Shown here piece after piece: positions 13,568 through 26,200 of a stretch of DNA of 64,000 nucleotides. Position 1 is the stretch's first letter, and every line of letters starts with the position of its first letter. The notes under the pieces were generated by a model that saw only the letters and a program-made list of their open reading frames with translations, had not been told where the DNA came from and did no database searches. The stretch comes from Paragordius varius (Eukaryota > Animalia > Nematomorpha), in contig OZ176053.1 of NCBI GenBank assembly GCA_964247055.1, positions 3,162,001-3,226,000 on the forward strand, written 5' to 3'. A program made the translations under genes and the position numbers.

Positions 13568-14609
13568 TTTATTGGTGTAAGGCCTTACCCCTTTATCATA
13601 TTATCCGTTCCTCCTAATATCATGCATCTCTGTATACTTGGGATTTAGCATTTTTTAATCTATAAACTTGTAACCCAAGATCACTAAGGATTTAGCGAAT
13701 TAGTCCATTCGACATTTAGGTTGTCATCTCCAGACGAGAATATTCCTCCCATAAATGATTCATTGATAAGTGTTTATTTGTTTTGTCGATTTTTTTAATA
13801 ACTTTACAATACTACAGGATTGGATTAACGAAATATCAAAAAAATGATTCCGGCTCTTGGTTTTGAAGCCGGTCTGGCGGTTATGAAATTCGTTTCCTCC
13901 CAAATTAATAATACAGACAGAGGTAACCAGTTTTTTTATTTTCTTGTTTAAGTCATTGAGTGTTATATAAAAAAATTTAGCATTATAATGTTTGAAAATT
14001 TAAAAATATTAACATCGTGTTATATGAAAAGGTAAACATGAAAAAAATGTGATTGCAACCTACATTCCTAATAGGATTCCGCCTATTTAACTTTACTATC
14101 TGCTGAAAGATTGACTTAAGTTATTACGTAAAAAACGGATGTTTCAAACTAATAGTTTTTATTAAAATTATTACGAATACTGAAAACATTTAGATTGGCG
14201 CATTTCTAATTTGGCTGGCTCCCTTACCACAATTCCATAATTTTTGGGAGCGTCAAATTATGATAAATATATGGTAAGTATTCAATTATAAACAGTGAAA
14301 AACAGTTCAACAATGATACGGTTAATTTTAGTTTTAAATAGCTATTGGTAGTTTTTAATCTTAAAAATGGCGTGATATTCAGGTCAAACGTGATATTACA
14401 ACTTAAAATGGTATTGTAACCGAAAAATTTTGATAATACATATATAATTTTTATCACCATGAATTGATACTAATTTAAAGTTTAATCATTTAGGAAACTA
14501 AATAAATAATGAAAATGGTTTAAGTCAAAAAATGCAATGCACATTTTTAAATGTGTCAATTAATGATTAAAAGATTATCATCATAACTCGCTTATATCAC
14601 TTATCGTTG

Positions 14610-15840
14610 ATGATTTTGCATTTTTCGGCATATTTGCAAACAAAGACAAACATAACGAAAATGCATTCTTCAGAAAACGGATCAATCAAGCGTTGTGATA
14701 ACAATTATGGTGACATGGTTAAATTACTAAGAGAGGTAGTTTACAATGTAAATAATTTATCTACCGAGGAGAGAAAGAAATTGAAAAAAGCATCACCAAA
14801 TTTGTCTCTTTTAATCAAGGAAAATGAAAATATTCCAAGAAAAGAATGTAATAGCGAAACAAAACTATATGATATCCTACTAATTGCTTTAATATCTATA
14901 CTTTGCTTTTATATATTCAATCATCGAAACAATACCGATTATCGTAACCCTAACACGGGTGATTTTTCATTGAATTCTGTATTCGATTTTGAGAATGTAG
15001 CAAATTTTTGGTGGACCAAAATTAGAGGCATTGATTACCCCGAAGACAAAGAATGCCTATATAAAAATTCTGATTCGATAAGCACGAAATTTCGTGTACC
15101 CCTAGATTGCTCTTTATGTGCTAATATAACTCACATTCCGAAAGTGTCGAATTTATCTCCAGAAAGATTTTTACAAGAATTCGCTTATTCCATGCAACCA
15201 GTAGTTGTTACCGATGCACAAAAAAGTTGGAAAATGGAAAATTTTACATTTTCTACCCTAGCTAACTTATATAATAAGAACGGACTTGATGAATGCCAAT
15301 TCTTTAGTTATCGCGATGAATTTAATGATATTGGAGAATTTTTCGAAACGCCCGAAAACGAGTTAATGAATACCACTAAGAAGTGGTATGTTGGATGGTA
15401 AGTATACTTTACGTTATATGAACATTTTTTTAATTTTTTAGAATAAGTTTTGAGTCTTTTTCCTTAGAGTAAATGAAAAAAACTTAAATTACTTAACGCA
15501 TGAAATATTTAACACCCGCCTGTTCTGGCATGACAGTTAGTTATGACATAAAAATTAGGCAGCTTGATTATAACCGTAAGATTTTCACAATAATAATTGT
15601 GTGTGAAACTTATTACCATAAATCCTTTTTGCAAATATATATTTCGAATTAATATTAATTTATTAAGGGAGAGCTGTGATCCAACTACCACAACAGAGTT
15701 ACGCAAACTGTACGACAAACCATATTTTATTCCACAAATGACAGAATCTACTCATATGGATTGGATATTTTTTGGTACACCAGGTTATGGAGCACCTATG
15801 CATGTAAAATTCAAATCTTAAGTTTTAATAAAATAACTTT

Positions 15841-15901
<61 letters not shown>

Positions 15902-16214
15902 GCAAAAATTTTTAATCTCAATAAAAACAGATTGATAACGTGGATCTAACATCCTGGCAAGCTCAAATTAAAGGACATAAAAAATGGATCCTAGAGCCTG
16001 TCCCAGAATGCTATTTAACATGCAAGAGTTTGGAGGTGATTGTTAATCCCGGAGAAACGAGTTTGTTGACATAATTATCTTTTTATGTTGTAAACCCATG
16101 TTAAAACTTAATTTTATATTAATTATAGTTGTGGTAGACGCTAACAGATGGTATCACGAAACCGTAGTTGTTGGTGATCAATTGAGTGTAGTGATTGGAG
16201 CTGAATATGAATAA
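14610..16214 (+). CDS. Membrane-anchored cupin/JmjC-like protein, paralogue A; join(14610..15397,15668..15803,15931..16060,16129..16214); start codon uncertain
   Basis: TM ILLIALISILCFYIF, then PLDCSLC, YAY-like AYSMQPVVVTDA, WYVGW, DWIFFGTPGYGAPMHIDNV, SWQAQIKGHKKW and RWYHET. H-I-D...H metal-binding triad. All introns are GT-AG and in frame. Confidence 0.85.
15843..15898. repeat. (TA)n microsatellite in a cupin A intron; similar tracts near 12281-12310, 22854-22873 and 59971-60000
   Basis: Directly visible perfect dinucleotide run. Confidence 0.95.
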
Positions 16215-16639
16215 TTTTTATTTTTTGCCCTTAATTTTTGATTTTAGAGTAATTTTAGTATTCATGTAATGCATCAAATTAAATAAATTACACTTATGTA
16301 TATTTTAGCATATTCTATGTCAATATAATTTAAAGGAGTTATCGATATTTGGCTACGTGATGGATAAAATATTATATAATTAACAATAACAAAATCATTA
16401 ACAAAGATTAATTGACTTTCAATCGTTTTTTATACATTTCTACCTACGCATGATCAAAAATATTGACAATGAAATGGAAAAATATATACATATATATTTA
16501 TATGGAAAATATATGGATGTGTGCTTGTGCCGTAAGCACTGAAAAAATTGGGTTAGTTAAGGCATGTTGTTTTCTCCGTTCAAAAATATTTAAATTTTTG
16601 TAATATAAACACTTAATTTTCATAACTAATACAATAATA

Positions 16640-19600
16640 ATGAACGGTGATGTAAAATATCAGTATTCGAATAGCGCTAATGTGTCCGGTTTAATGCAAG
16701 ATTTAATTAATGACATTAATTTACTTGATGGGAATCAGCGAAAACTATTGATTAAAAAAAGTCAAAATTTTAAGGCCTTACTAAATAGTAATCCAAATGA
16801 TAAACTTATTAATATTAACAATAAGAATGGTGATGATAATAATAATAATGGCAGTAATATAACAACATGGCTTTTAATATTGATTTTGGGTGTACTTATT
16901 GGAAGTGGTAATTTGGATTTTAACCAAAAACATAGCCATACTTTATTAAGTAAAAATGGCTTGGCTCAATTTTATTTGTCGAAAATCCGTATGATTCAAA
17001 ACCCGTCAAAAAAAGAATGTTTACTTAAATCAAAAAGGAAAATGCGTTTAGCTTTCCGTGATCCCATAGATTGCTCATATTGCCAGAATGTGACTGAGAT
17101 ACCTAAAATATCGAATTTGAGTCATGAAACATTTTTGAAAGAATATGCCTATACTATGCAACCTGTGGTCGTTACCGATGCTCAACAAAGTAATAAGAAT
17201 TGATAAGCTATTCTTATTTACGTAAATATAAAAAAATTTAAAATAAGTTGTTGAATATTAATTTATGCATATAAATGTATTATTGATAATATATGTATAA
17301 CAGAAATCGAAAAAAAAACAGGTTTTTCGGCAATTTTGAAACAAATGACTCCAAAAATGGTTACGAACTGTATACCGGACCGGAACCTGGCGCAAAAATT
17401 ATTTATCTTGCAATTTTTTCTATAATTTAAATTTTAAATATATGATTAACCTGATAGAATAATAATTTTATTTGAATAAAAGTATTTTTAATTTTTCAAA
17501 AAAGGATGGCTGGCATCTATAACAAATTTGTGTTTTTACGGCTTATTATTCAACTTTCTTAATAATTAAAATTGTAAATGAAAAAATGAAACTAAAATCA
17601 AAACCACAGCCATTTTTTTAAAATGTTACGGAGAACCGAACCAAGTAGATATAATTGATTTGTAACATATTATAAAAACGGGTTAACCCTGCATAGGCTT
17701 TTAAGGACCAAACAGTCCTATAAAAATACAGTACAACCTCTTTTTGTGCGGTACACGAGATTGCACAAAATAATTATTTTTTTTCAGATATTTTGCAACT
17801 AATTGATTAGCATAAAAAACAAAAAAGTGACAAATTTATCTTGCCACTTAAAGAGGTAAAAAAGAGTTAACTCTAAAAAAATCCGGACAAAAAATATTTG
17901 ACTGTATTAACACAAAAGGTCTACCAAACTAATGTAAATAAGAAATATTGTATCATAGAAAATCGTTTTAATAACATACTTGGGTTTAAGTTATGATGTT
18001 ATGAGAATATCTTTTTATATAAATGTTCGCATTCATTAGATTTGTTCCATATAAAAAATATTTTTTTCAAACAAAATTATAGATTGGGATACATCCAATT
18101 TTAGTTACCACTTTTTTAAGGATATCTCCCGAACACGTTCAGAAAAATGCCAATTTTTTTCATACCGCGATGAATTTGATACTATTGACGAATTTTTTAC
18201 TAAAATGACCCCAGAACAGTTAAATGGGACAAAGAAGTGGTATGTGGGATGGTAAGTATTTTCAATTCTTTTTAAATATCCAAATTTTTTAACGAATTTA
18301 ATCATGAATTTCAAATATATCTATATCAAAAATATATCCAAAACTATTCATGATAAAAATGCTTCAAATTTCACATATTAAAATTATCGCAGTTCGGGTA
18401 CATACTGTTAAAAATGTTTTAAAAAGATAATATACCAGGTTTAATATCATCTTTAAATATCATAATTTACTAAATTATATGCTACCGAATCCATAATTTA
18501 ATTTTTAAAATTACCATATGAAATGAAACAAAAGATAAGGAATACTTTTATTTATAATTTTTTTTATATAATCATTTGAGATGAAAATTAAAGAATTTCT
18601 ATCCAAAAAAACTAATCAAATATTTATCGTTTTAGGGAAAGTTGCGATCCAGACAGCACAAAAAATTTAAGGCAACACTACACAAAACCATACTTTTTGC
18701 CAGAGTATGTGGAATCAGGCAGCAGTGATTGGATATTTATGGGCAGTCCAAATTTTGGAGCTCCCATGCATGTATTTTATAATCATATATATTTTATTTT
18801 TTGTTAATATATACCATTTACAGATCAAATTAACCCTTGAACGATTCAAATTCACCCTCGAACAATTCAAATTCACCTTTGAACAATTCAAATTCACCTT
18901 TAAACAATTCAAATTCACCCTAAAAAATATTATGTGTTTTCGAACTAATATAACTTATTATTAATATGAAATATATATTAATGGTATAGTTTATTATTTT
19001 TTCAGTATTATTTTAATTTAAAACAAAATTTTTATTTTTGAAAAATATATAAAATATAGGTAATTTTTAATCTTAAAAAATATATAATTTACTAGCGTAA
19101 ATCTCGTGCTGCTACGCAGCCCGAGGAAGTCCTTAGGACTTCTGGGGGGAGGGGGTTATTTGAAAAAAGGAACAATAAAATAATCTACATATGTGGATTA
19201 TTTCGAAAAATTATTTAATAGCTATGATTTCATAGGAATCTTAAAACTGTGCATTCATACTAATTTATTGTTTACTTGGGGGCGAAATAGATTTAAAAAA
19301 TTATTTTTGTGGACTTTGTTTTTTTGATAAAAATGGCATTTTACGGGGGTAGCGGGTAAAAAAAGGGTCTAAATCAAAAAAGTGAGTCGACTATGTTCAT
19401 CGCGATCAAAAATAAGTAAACAAAAATCATATTTGAAATTGAATGGGCCAACACGTTCTCCAAAAAATTGACTTAACCCATTTTTCACACGGGGTGGGCC
19501 CGAACTGGGGACCTAATTCCAAAAAAGGGCGAAGCTATTGTCGGGGCTTTCATTAATGATTATATTTTTTATTTGGATTTGAATGGTTTCACCGGTTTTC

Positions 19601-22600
19601 CGGAAACAGATCACAAAGTTACATGAGAAATCAGTTTTTCGCGGGTAGCTCCTTACCCAGCAGCTATCATCAAATAAACGCTTGGCTAAAATTTTAGCCT
19701 TTTAACAGGGAATACGTGGAATCTATATTGAATTTTTACGGTCTCATGTCTTGGTCGAAAAAGAGATTTAAAAAAATATTTTTGTGGACTTTGTTTTTTG
19801 AAAAAGGTGGCATTTTACGGGGGGAGCGGGTAAAAAGAGGGCCTAAATCAAAAAAGTGGCTCGGCTATGTTCGGCGCAATCGAAAATAAGTAAACAATAA
19901 TTATATTTGAAATTGAATGGTCCAACACGTTATCCGGAAAATTGTCTCAAAGACACGATTTTTGTGGACTTCTGTTTTCAAAAAAAAACCGTTTTTCATA
20001 CGGGGTGGGCCCGAACTGGGGGCCTATTTCAAAAAAAGGGCGAAGCTATTGTCGGGGCATTCATTAATGATTATATTTTTTCGATATTTGGATTTGATTG
20101 GGTCTACCGGTTTTCCTGTACCAGATCACAAAGCCAGCATTTTCCATTTTTATAAATATATAGATTACCATAAATAATGTATTAATATCCATATATCTTT
20201 TAACATGCTATACATATGATAGATACTCCTTACTCAGCATCTATCATCAAAGAAACGCTTGACTAAAATTTTTGCCTTTTAACAGGCAATACGAAAAATC
20301 TTTCTCGAATTTTTACAGTCACATACCGTGGGCAAAAAATACAATCAAAAAAATATTTTTGTTAACTTTGTTTTTTTTTGAAAAAAATGGCATTTTAGGG
20401 GGGGAGCGGGTAAAAAGAGGGCCTAAATCAAAAAAGTGACTCGACTATGTTCGGCGCAATCGAAAATAAGTAAACAAAAATCATATTTGAAATTGAATGG
20501 TCCAACACGTTCTCCAAAAAATTGACCTAACCCGTTTTTCATACGGGGTGGGCCCGAACTGGGGGCCTATTTCAAAAAAAGGGCGAAGCTATTGTCGGGA
20601 CATTTATTAATGATTATATTTTTTTGATATTTGGATTTGATTGGGTCTACCGGTTTTCCTGTACCAGATCACAAAGCCAGCATTTTCCATTTTTATAAAT
20701 ATATAGATTACCATAAATAATGTATTAATATCCATATATCTTTTAACATGCTATACATATGATAGATACTCCTTACTCAGCATCTATCATCAAAGAAACG
20801 CCTGACTAAAATTTTTGCCTTTTAACAGGCAATACGAAAAATCTTTCTCGAATTTTTACAGTCTCATACCTTGGGCAAAAAAATAGAATCAAAAAAATAT
20901 TTTTGTGGACTTTGTTTTTTTTGAAAAAAATGGCAATTTAGGGGGGGAGCGGGTAAAAAGAGGGCCTAAATCAAAAAAGTGACTCGACTATGTTCGGCGC
21001 AATCGAAAATAAGTAAACAAAAATCATATTTGAAATTGAATGGTCCAACACGTTCTCCAAAAAATTGACTTAACCCATTTTTCACACGGGGTGGGCCCAA
21101 ACTGGGGACCTAATTCCAAAAAAGGGCGAAGCTATTGTCGGGGCATTCATTAATGATTAAATTTTTTCGATGTTTGGATTTGAATGGGTTCACCGGTTTT
21201 CCGGAAACAGATCACAAAGTTATATGAAAAATCAGTTTTTAGCGGGTAGCTCCTTACCCAGCAGCTATCATCAAATAAACGGGAGACTAAAATTTTTGCC
21301 TTTTAACAGGGAATACGTGGAATCCATATAGAATTTTTACGGTCTCATACCTAGGGCGAAAAATCGATTTTAAAAATTATTTTTGTGGACTTTGTTTTTT
21401 GAAAAAGGTGGCATTTTACGGGGGGAGCGGGTAAAAAGAGGGCCTAAATCAAAAAAGTGGCTCGACTATGTTCGGCGCAATCGAAAATAAGTAAACAAAA
21501 ATCATATTTGAAATTTAATGGTCCAACACGTTCTCCAAAAAATTGACCTAACCCGTTTTTCATACGGGGTGGGCCCGAACTGGGGGCCTATTTCAAAAAA
21601 AGGGCGAAGCTATTGTCGGGACATTTATTAATGATTATATTTTTTTGATATTTGGATTTGATTGGGTCTACCGGTTTTCCTGTACCAGATCACAAAGCCA
21701 GCATTTTCCATTTTTATGAATATATAGATTACCATAAATAATGTATTAATATCCATATATCTTTTAACATGCTATACATATGATAGATACTCCTTACTCA
21801 GCATCTATCATCAAAGAAACGCCTGACTAAAATTTTTGCCTTTTAACAGGCAATACGAAAAATCTTTCTCGAATTTTTACAGTCTCATACCTTGGGCAAA
21901 AAAATAGAATCAAAAAAATATTTTTGTGGACTTTGTTTTTTTTTGAAAAAAATGGCAATTTAGGGGGGGAGCGGGTAAAAAGAGGGCCTAAATCAAAAAA
22001 AAGACTCGACTATGTTCGGCGCAATCGAAAATAAGTAAACAAAAATCATATTTGAAATTGAATGGTCCAACACGTTCTCCAAAAAATTGACTTAACCCAT
22101 TTTTCACACGGGGTGGGCCCAAACTGGGGACCTAATTCCAAAAAAGGGCGAAGCTATTGTCGGGGCATTCATTAATGATTAAATTTTTTCGATGTTTGGA
22201 TTTGAATGGGTTCACCGGTTTTCCGGAAACAGATCACAAAGTTATATGAAAAATCAGTTTTTAGCGGGTAGCTCCTTACCCAGCAGCTATCATCAAATAA
22301 ACGGTAGACTAAAATTTTTGCCTTTTAACAGGGAATACGTGGAATCCATATAGAATTTTTACGGTCTCATACCTAGGGCGAAAAATCGATTTTAAAAATT
22401 ATTTTTGTGGACTTTGTTTTTTGAAAAAGGTGGCATTTTACGGGGGGAGCGGGTAAAAAGAGGGCCTAAATCAAAAAAGTGGCTCGGCTATGTTCGGCGC
22501 AATCGAAAATAAGTAAACAAAAATCATATTTGAAATTGAATGGTCCAACACGTTCTCCGGAAAATTGTCTCAAAGACACGATTTTTGTGGACTTCTGTTT

Positions 22601-23198
22601 TTAAAAAAAACCCGTTTTTCATACGGGGTGGGCCCGAACTGGGGGCCTATTTCAAAAAAAGGGCGAAGCTATTGTCGGGACATTTATTAATGATTATATT
22701 TTTTCGATATTTGGATTTGATTGGGTCTACCGGTTTTCCTGTACCAGATCACAAAGCCAGCATTTTCCATTTTTATAAATATATAGATTTGAGGGATATG
22801 AATTGTTCGAGGGTGAATTTTAATTGTTCGAGGCTGAATTTGAATTGTAAATGGTATATATATATATATATATATTTTATAATTTTCTTTCCGATTTTAA
22901 GATTGACCATGTGCGAAAATCATCCTGGCAGGCCCAAATAAAAGGTTCCAAAAAATGGATGTTAGAACCCGTTTCTGAATGTTACATGAAATGTAAAAGC
23001 CTTGAAGTTTTAGTGGAACCCGGGGAAACAAGTTGGAAACATAATTTATTTTAGCATACAATAATATATATATATATTCAACAAAAAATTGTTTATTAAA
23101 TATTTTTTACAGTTATCATAGATACAAATCGTTGGTATCATGCAACTCTTGTTGTAGGAGATGAATTTAGTTTGGTGGTTGGTTCGGAATATGATTAA
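16640..23198 (+). CDS. Membrane-anchored cupin/JmjC-like protein, paralogue B; join(16640..17189,18083..18251,18636..18771,22902..23031,23113..23198)
   Basis: Collinear with paralogue A (PIDCSYC, PVVVTDA, CQFFSYRDEF, KKWYVGW, DWIFMGSPNFGAPMHIDHV, SWQAQIKGSKKW, RWYHAT). It shares three intron positions with A and has one extra intron. Confidence 0.85.
18810..22858. mobile_element. Foldback-type MITE (~350 bp own sequence) with TIRs built from 21-bp subterminal repeats, split by the Helitron array
   Basis: Left end tataccatttaca (18810) and right end tgtaaatggtata (22858) are reverse complements. About 4.5 copies of gaacaattcaaattcaccctc at 18830-18920 and about 2.5 inverted copies at 22795-22848. 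TA-rich flanks. Confidence 0.75.
19092..22787 (-). mobile_element. Helitron-derived tandem concatemer (~3.7 kb) with ~480-bp and ~545-bp units forming a ~1020-bp higher-order repeat
   Basis: A single 3' end (CTAG at 19092-19095 with hairpin cgtgctgc-tac-gcagcccg 9 nt inside) and four 5'-TC termini ending at 20164, 20707, 21728 and 22787. Inserted at an AT dinucleotide with no target-site duplication (TSD). Confidence 0.85.
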
Positions 23199-23255
23199 TT
23201 GATTAATTTATATTCAAATATGCAAAAGCACCTTTTCATAATATATGGTATTAGA

Positions 23256-26200
23256 TTAATGCTGAATTTGAGCAAAATTTTGTAATATTATCATACGAGC
23301 CATATCCAAGTGTCCTACAAAATATATACAATTTTACATACAAATTTGTAACAAAATGTCTTCAAACTTGTTTAAAGTATAATATTTTTACATCCATACA
23401 AATAAATAAATTAAGTATTTAGAAAAAATTTTTTGGTATAAAAGAGTTAGAAAAATAAATGTAAATAAATTTTAAACAATAATTTAGTGCATGTTTACCT
23501 TAAAGATATAAATATATCTGTAATAAAATAAACCCAATTGAATTGAAAGATAGAGTGCAAGCATAATAAATTGATAGGGTAAATCCTCAGTAGATTTAAA
23601 GGGAATATTATTTCTTAACATATGACTGGCTTTTTCATATTCCCCCAGATATGTATAACATACACAAAGGTTATAATGCATTATTAAACGGGCTGAACTT
23701 AAATCACAAGGAACCCATATGGACGGAGTTAACATATTCCTGATTTCTAACCAATATATATATATATACAAAGTAAGAGTAAATACTGTTTATTAGAAGG
23801 TTTGTCCCAAAAGGAAGGTCTCTTGAAGTTGTTTTCTCAATAATACGTTAGTTTAATTAATTTTTTATCAAAAATATAAGAAATAACGGCATAAACAAAC
23901 TTAAAAAAACTATATTTTAGCAAACATTATGCGCAAAATAAATACCTTTTATGTTATATTCATTGTACCGATGATGTTGTTGAATCCCATAACTACCTGT
24001 TATCATGGATGTTTTAGTATTGGCCCAAATTATAGGAAGAGAATTCCATTGAGTTATGCATGAACCATTTGAATTATTTGATTTCTCCAGCATATTTTCT
24101 GTTTTTTCTTTATCTTGTTGATTGGAATTTTTTGTAGCTGTGCTATTAGGCATAATTACCGAATCTACCGAGCAAATGGCATCAAAATCAAGGTAAGGCA
24201 ATGCTTCTTTAACCTTAAGTACCCCCAAAAATAAAATTTTAAATAATCGCGTATAAATTACAAAATACATATCCAAGCCCCGGAAATATAAAAAGAGAAA
24301 AGAATTTTTTAATAAAATATATACCAACCAAAATATTACATTTCAATACAACCAACGTTAAATTTTGGTTATAACATTTTTTATTAAGATATATTGTATT
24401 TTGAGAAGGAAGCTGTATATGTACTTATATATGATTCGTAGCTGAGAGAGCTTTAAATACCGATATATTAAATGCGGTTTAAATAATATTGTTTTTCCAT
24501 TTTTTAATCATAATAAAAGATCCCATTCTTTGCGCAATCGTATAACATTATATAATTGAGGAAAATTATTAGCTAGACTTTCTATGTTATTGTGTAAAAT
24601 AAAGATTATCCTAAACATATTTATCACATTATTCATTTATATAATTTCGGATAAGGACCGGTAGTCGTCAAAATCAAAAATTGGAAAATTTAATTTTTTT
24701 TGCCACCCTATTCACCTCGATTGAATCCCAATTGAGTGTGTTATTAGAATAATGAAAATAAAATTTTAAATATATTTTCTATATAACATATTGATTGGAG
24801 ATATTAAATTCAGCAATAATCAAATTTATTTAAACGTTTTTAGTATGCTATTAAAAATTCCACAATATAAAATTTTGCCAAAAATATTAATAATATTTAT
24901 TGCGACCTTTTAGTAACGTTCAAAAATTATTAATTAAATTCATTTAACAAAAATATGAATCGAAATTATATAATATATATATATATATATGGCTAAATGA
25001 ACATAAGATATTACAAAAATCATGCCAATTTTTCAACTTTAAAAATATTTATAAAATAATGCATTAAAAAATTGGTAGGCTAACTATATATTTTAATTAT
25101 TTTGATATGAAATATCTAGGGGTATGTTGTCAAGCCTATTTAATTTTATTTACTAAATGGCGCATGATTTAAACTGATTCGTTATTAAAAAGCTTAAGGG
25201 CCCATAAATGTCAAAAATTTCCTGTTATTCCATATTATAAAGCGATTTTATGCCAATTATATATCACATATTCTAATTTAAACAATATTTAAGGTTTAAA
25301 AGGTAGGTTTTTACATTTAAGGATAAACCATTACACAAAAATAATGTTTCAACTTCGGATCACGAAATAAGGTACCAACACAATAAATAAGTTATATCTT
25401 AAGGAAAATTATTTTATGATTACACTAATCTTCATTCTTTCAACTCATTAAAATTATAAATACCTTATTATCCAGCACAAATGATTCAGCAATGTATAGT
25501 TGCGACAAATATTTGATAATTATCGAACTTCCATTCGTTTTAATGAGTTCATCCAATTCAAACGCATATTCCTGGGCCAAAAAATAATTTCCCACACTTA
25601 ACTCACAAAAACTCAGAGAGGCAAGGATTGAACCTCTATCAAAAAATATAATATTATTTAATATTTAAACAATTACAAAAGAGATTCAAATATAGTATAT
25701 TCACTTTAAAATTGCGCGTTCATCTTGTGTTATTGGATTCGAAGGAGCCATATTATAAAATACAATGTCATCTAAGCAAAACAAAACAAATAATAATTTT
25801 ATAAATTGTATTTTTAGGTTAGAACATAAAATCAGGCTATAATATTAAAATTTAGACTTATAAAAAAGGAATCTTATAGATTAACTACTTGCGAATGTTG
25901 AATTACCTTAATGTTGTATTTTACTTAAATTATTGACTCAATTACAAAAAAAATAATTTTCTACCCTTTTTTACAAAAACCAAATGATTTGATGTTATTT
26001 AAAAGGAGTTGGAACAGCATTTATAAACAAAAAACCATATTTTTTCACTATATTACCAATTATATTCTCAGCTACAGGTAATCTTTCAACAAGTGTAAGA
26101 GCATTCCTTAAACAAAGAATAGCAAAATCCAGGTTTGCTGTTGGAGAGAAAGTGTTGACATTTTCAGGTCTATTATATGCACAATAAAGTTTTGTAAGAA

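Noticed and set aside
18707-18964. ORFs with periodic peptides (FKFTLEQ / NLNCSKV)
   Set aside because: They are translations of the 21-bp subterminal repeat of the MITE.
18826-22787. Regularly spaced repeats as a CRISPR-like array
   Set aside because: The units are tandem with no unique spacers, there are no cas genes, and the context is a eukaryotic intron.
19907-22941. Repeated ORFs MVQHV.RKIVSKTRFLW... (19917, 22540), the overlapping 19907 ORF and the related 53464 ORF as a gene family
   Set aside because: They are chance frames across the Helitron 5' region, with frame changes and no protein motif.
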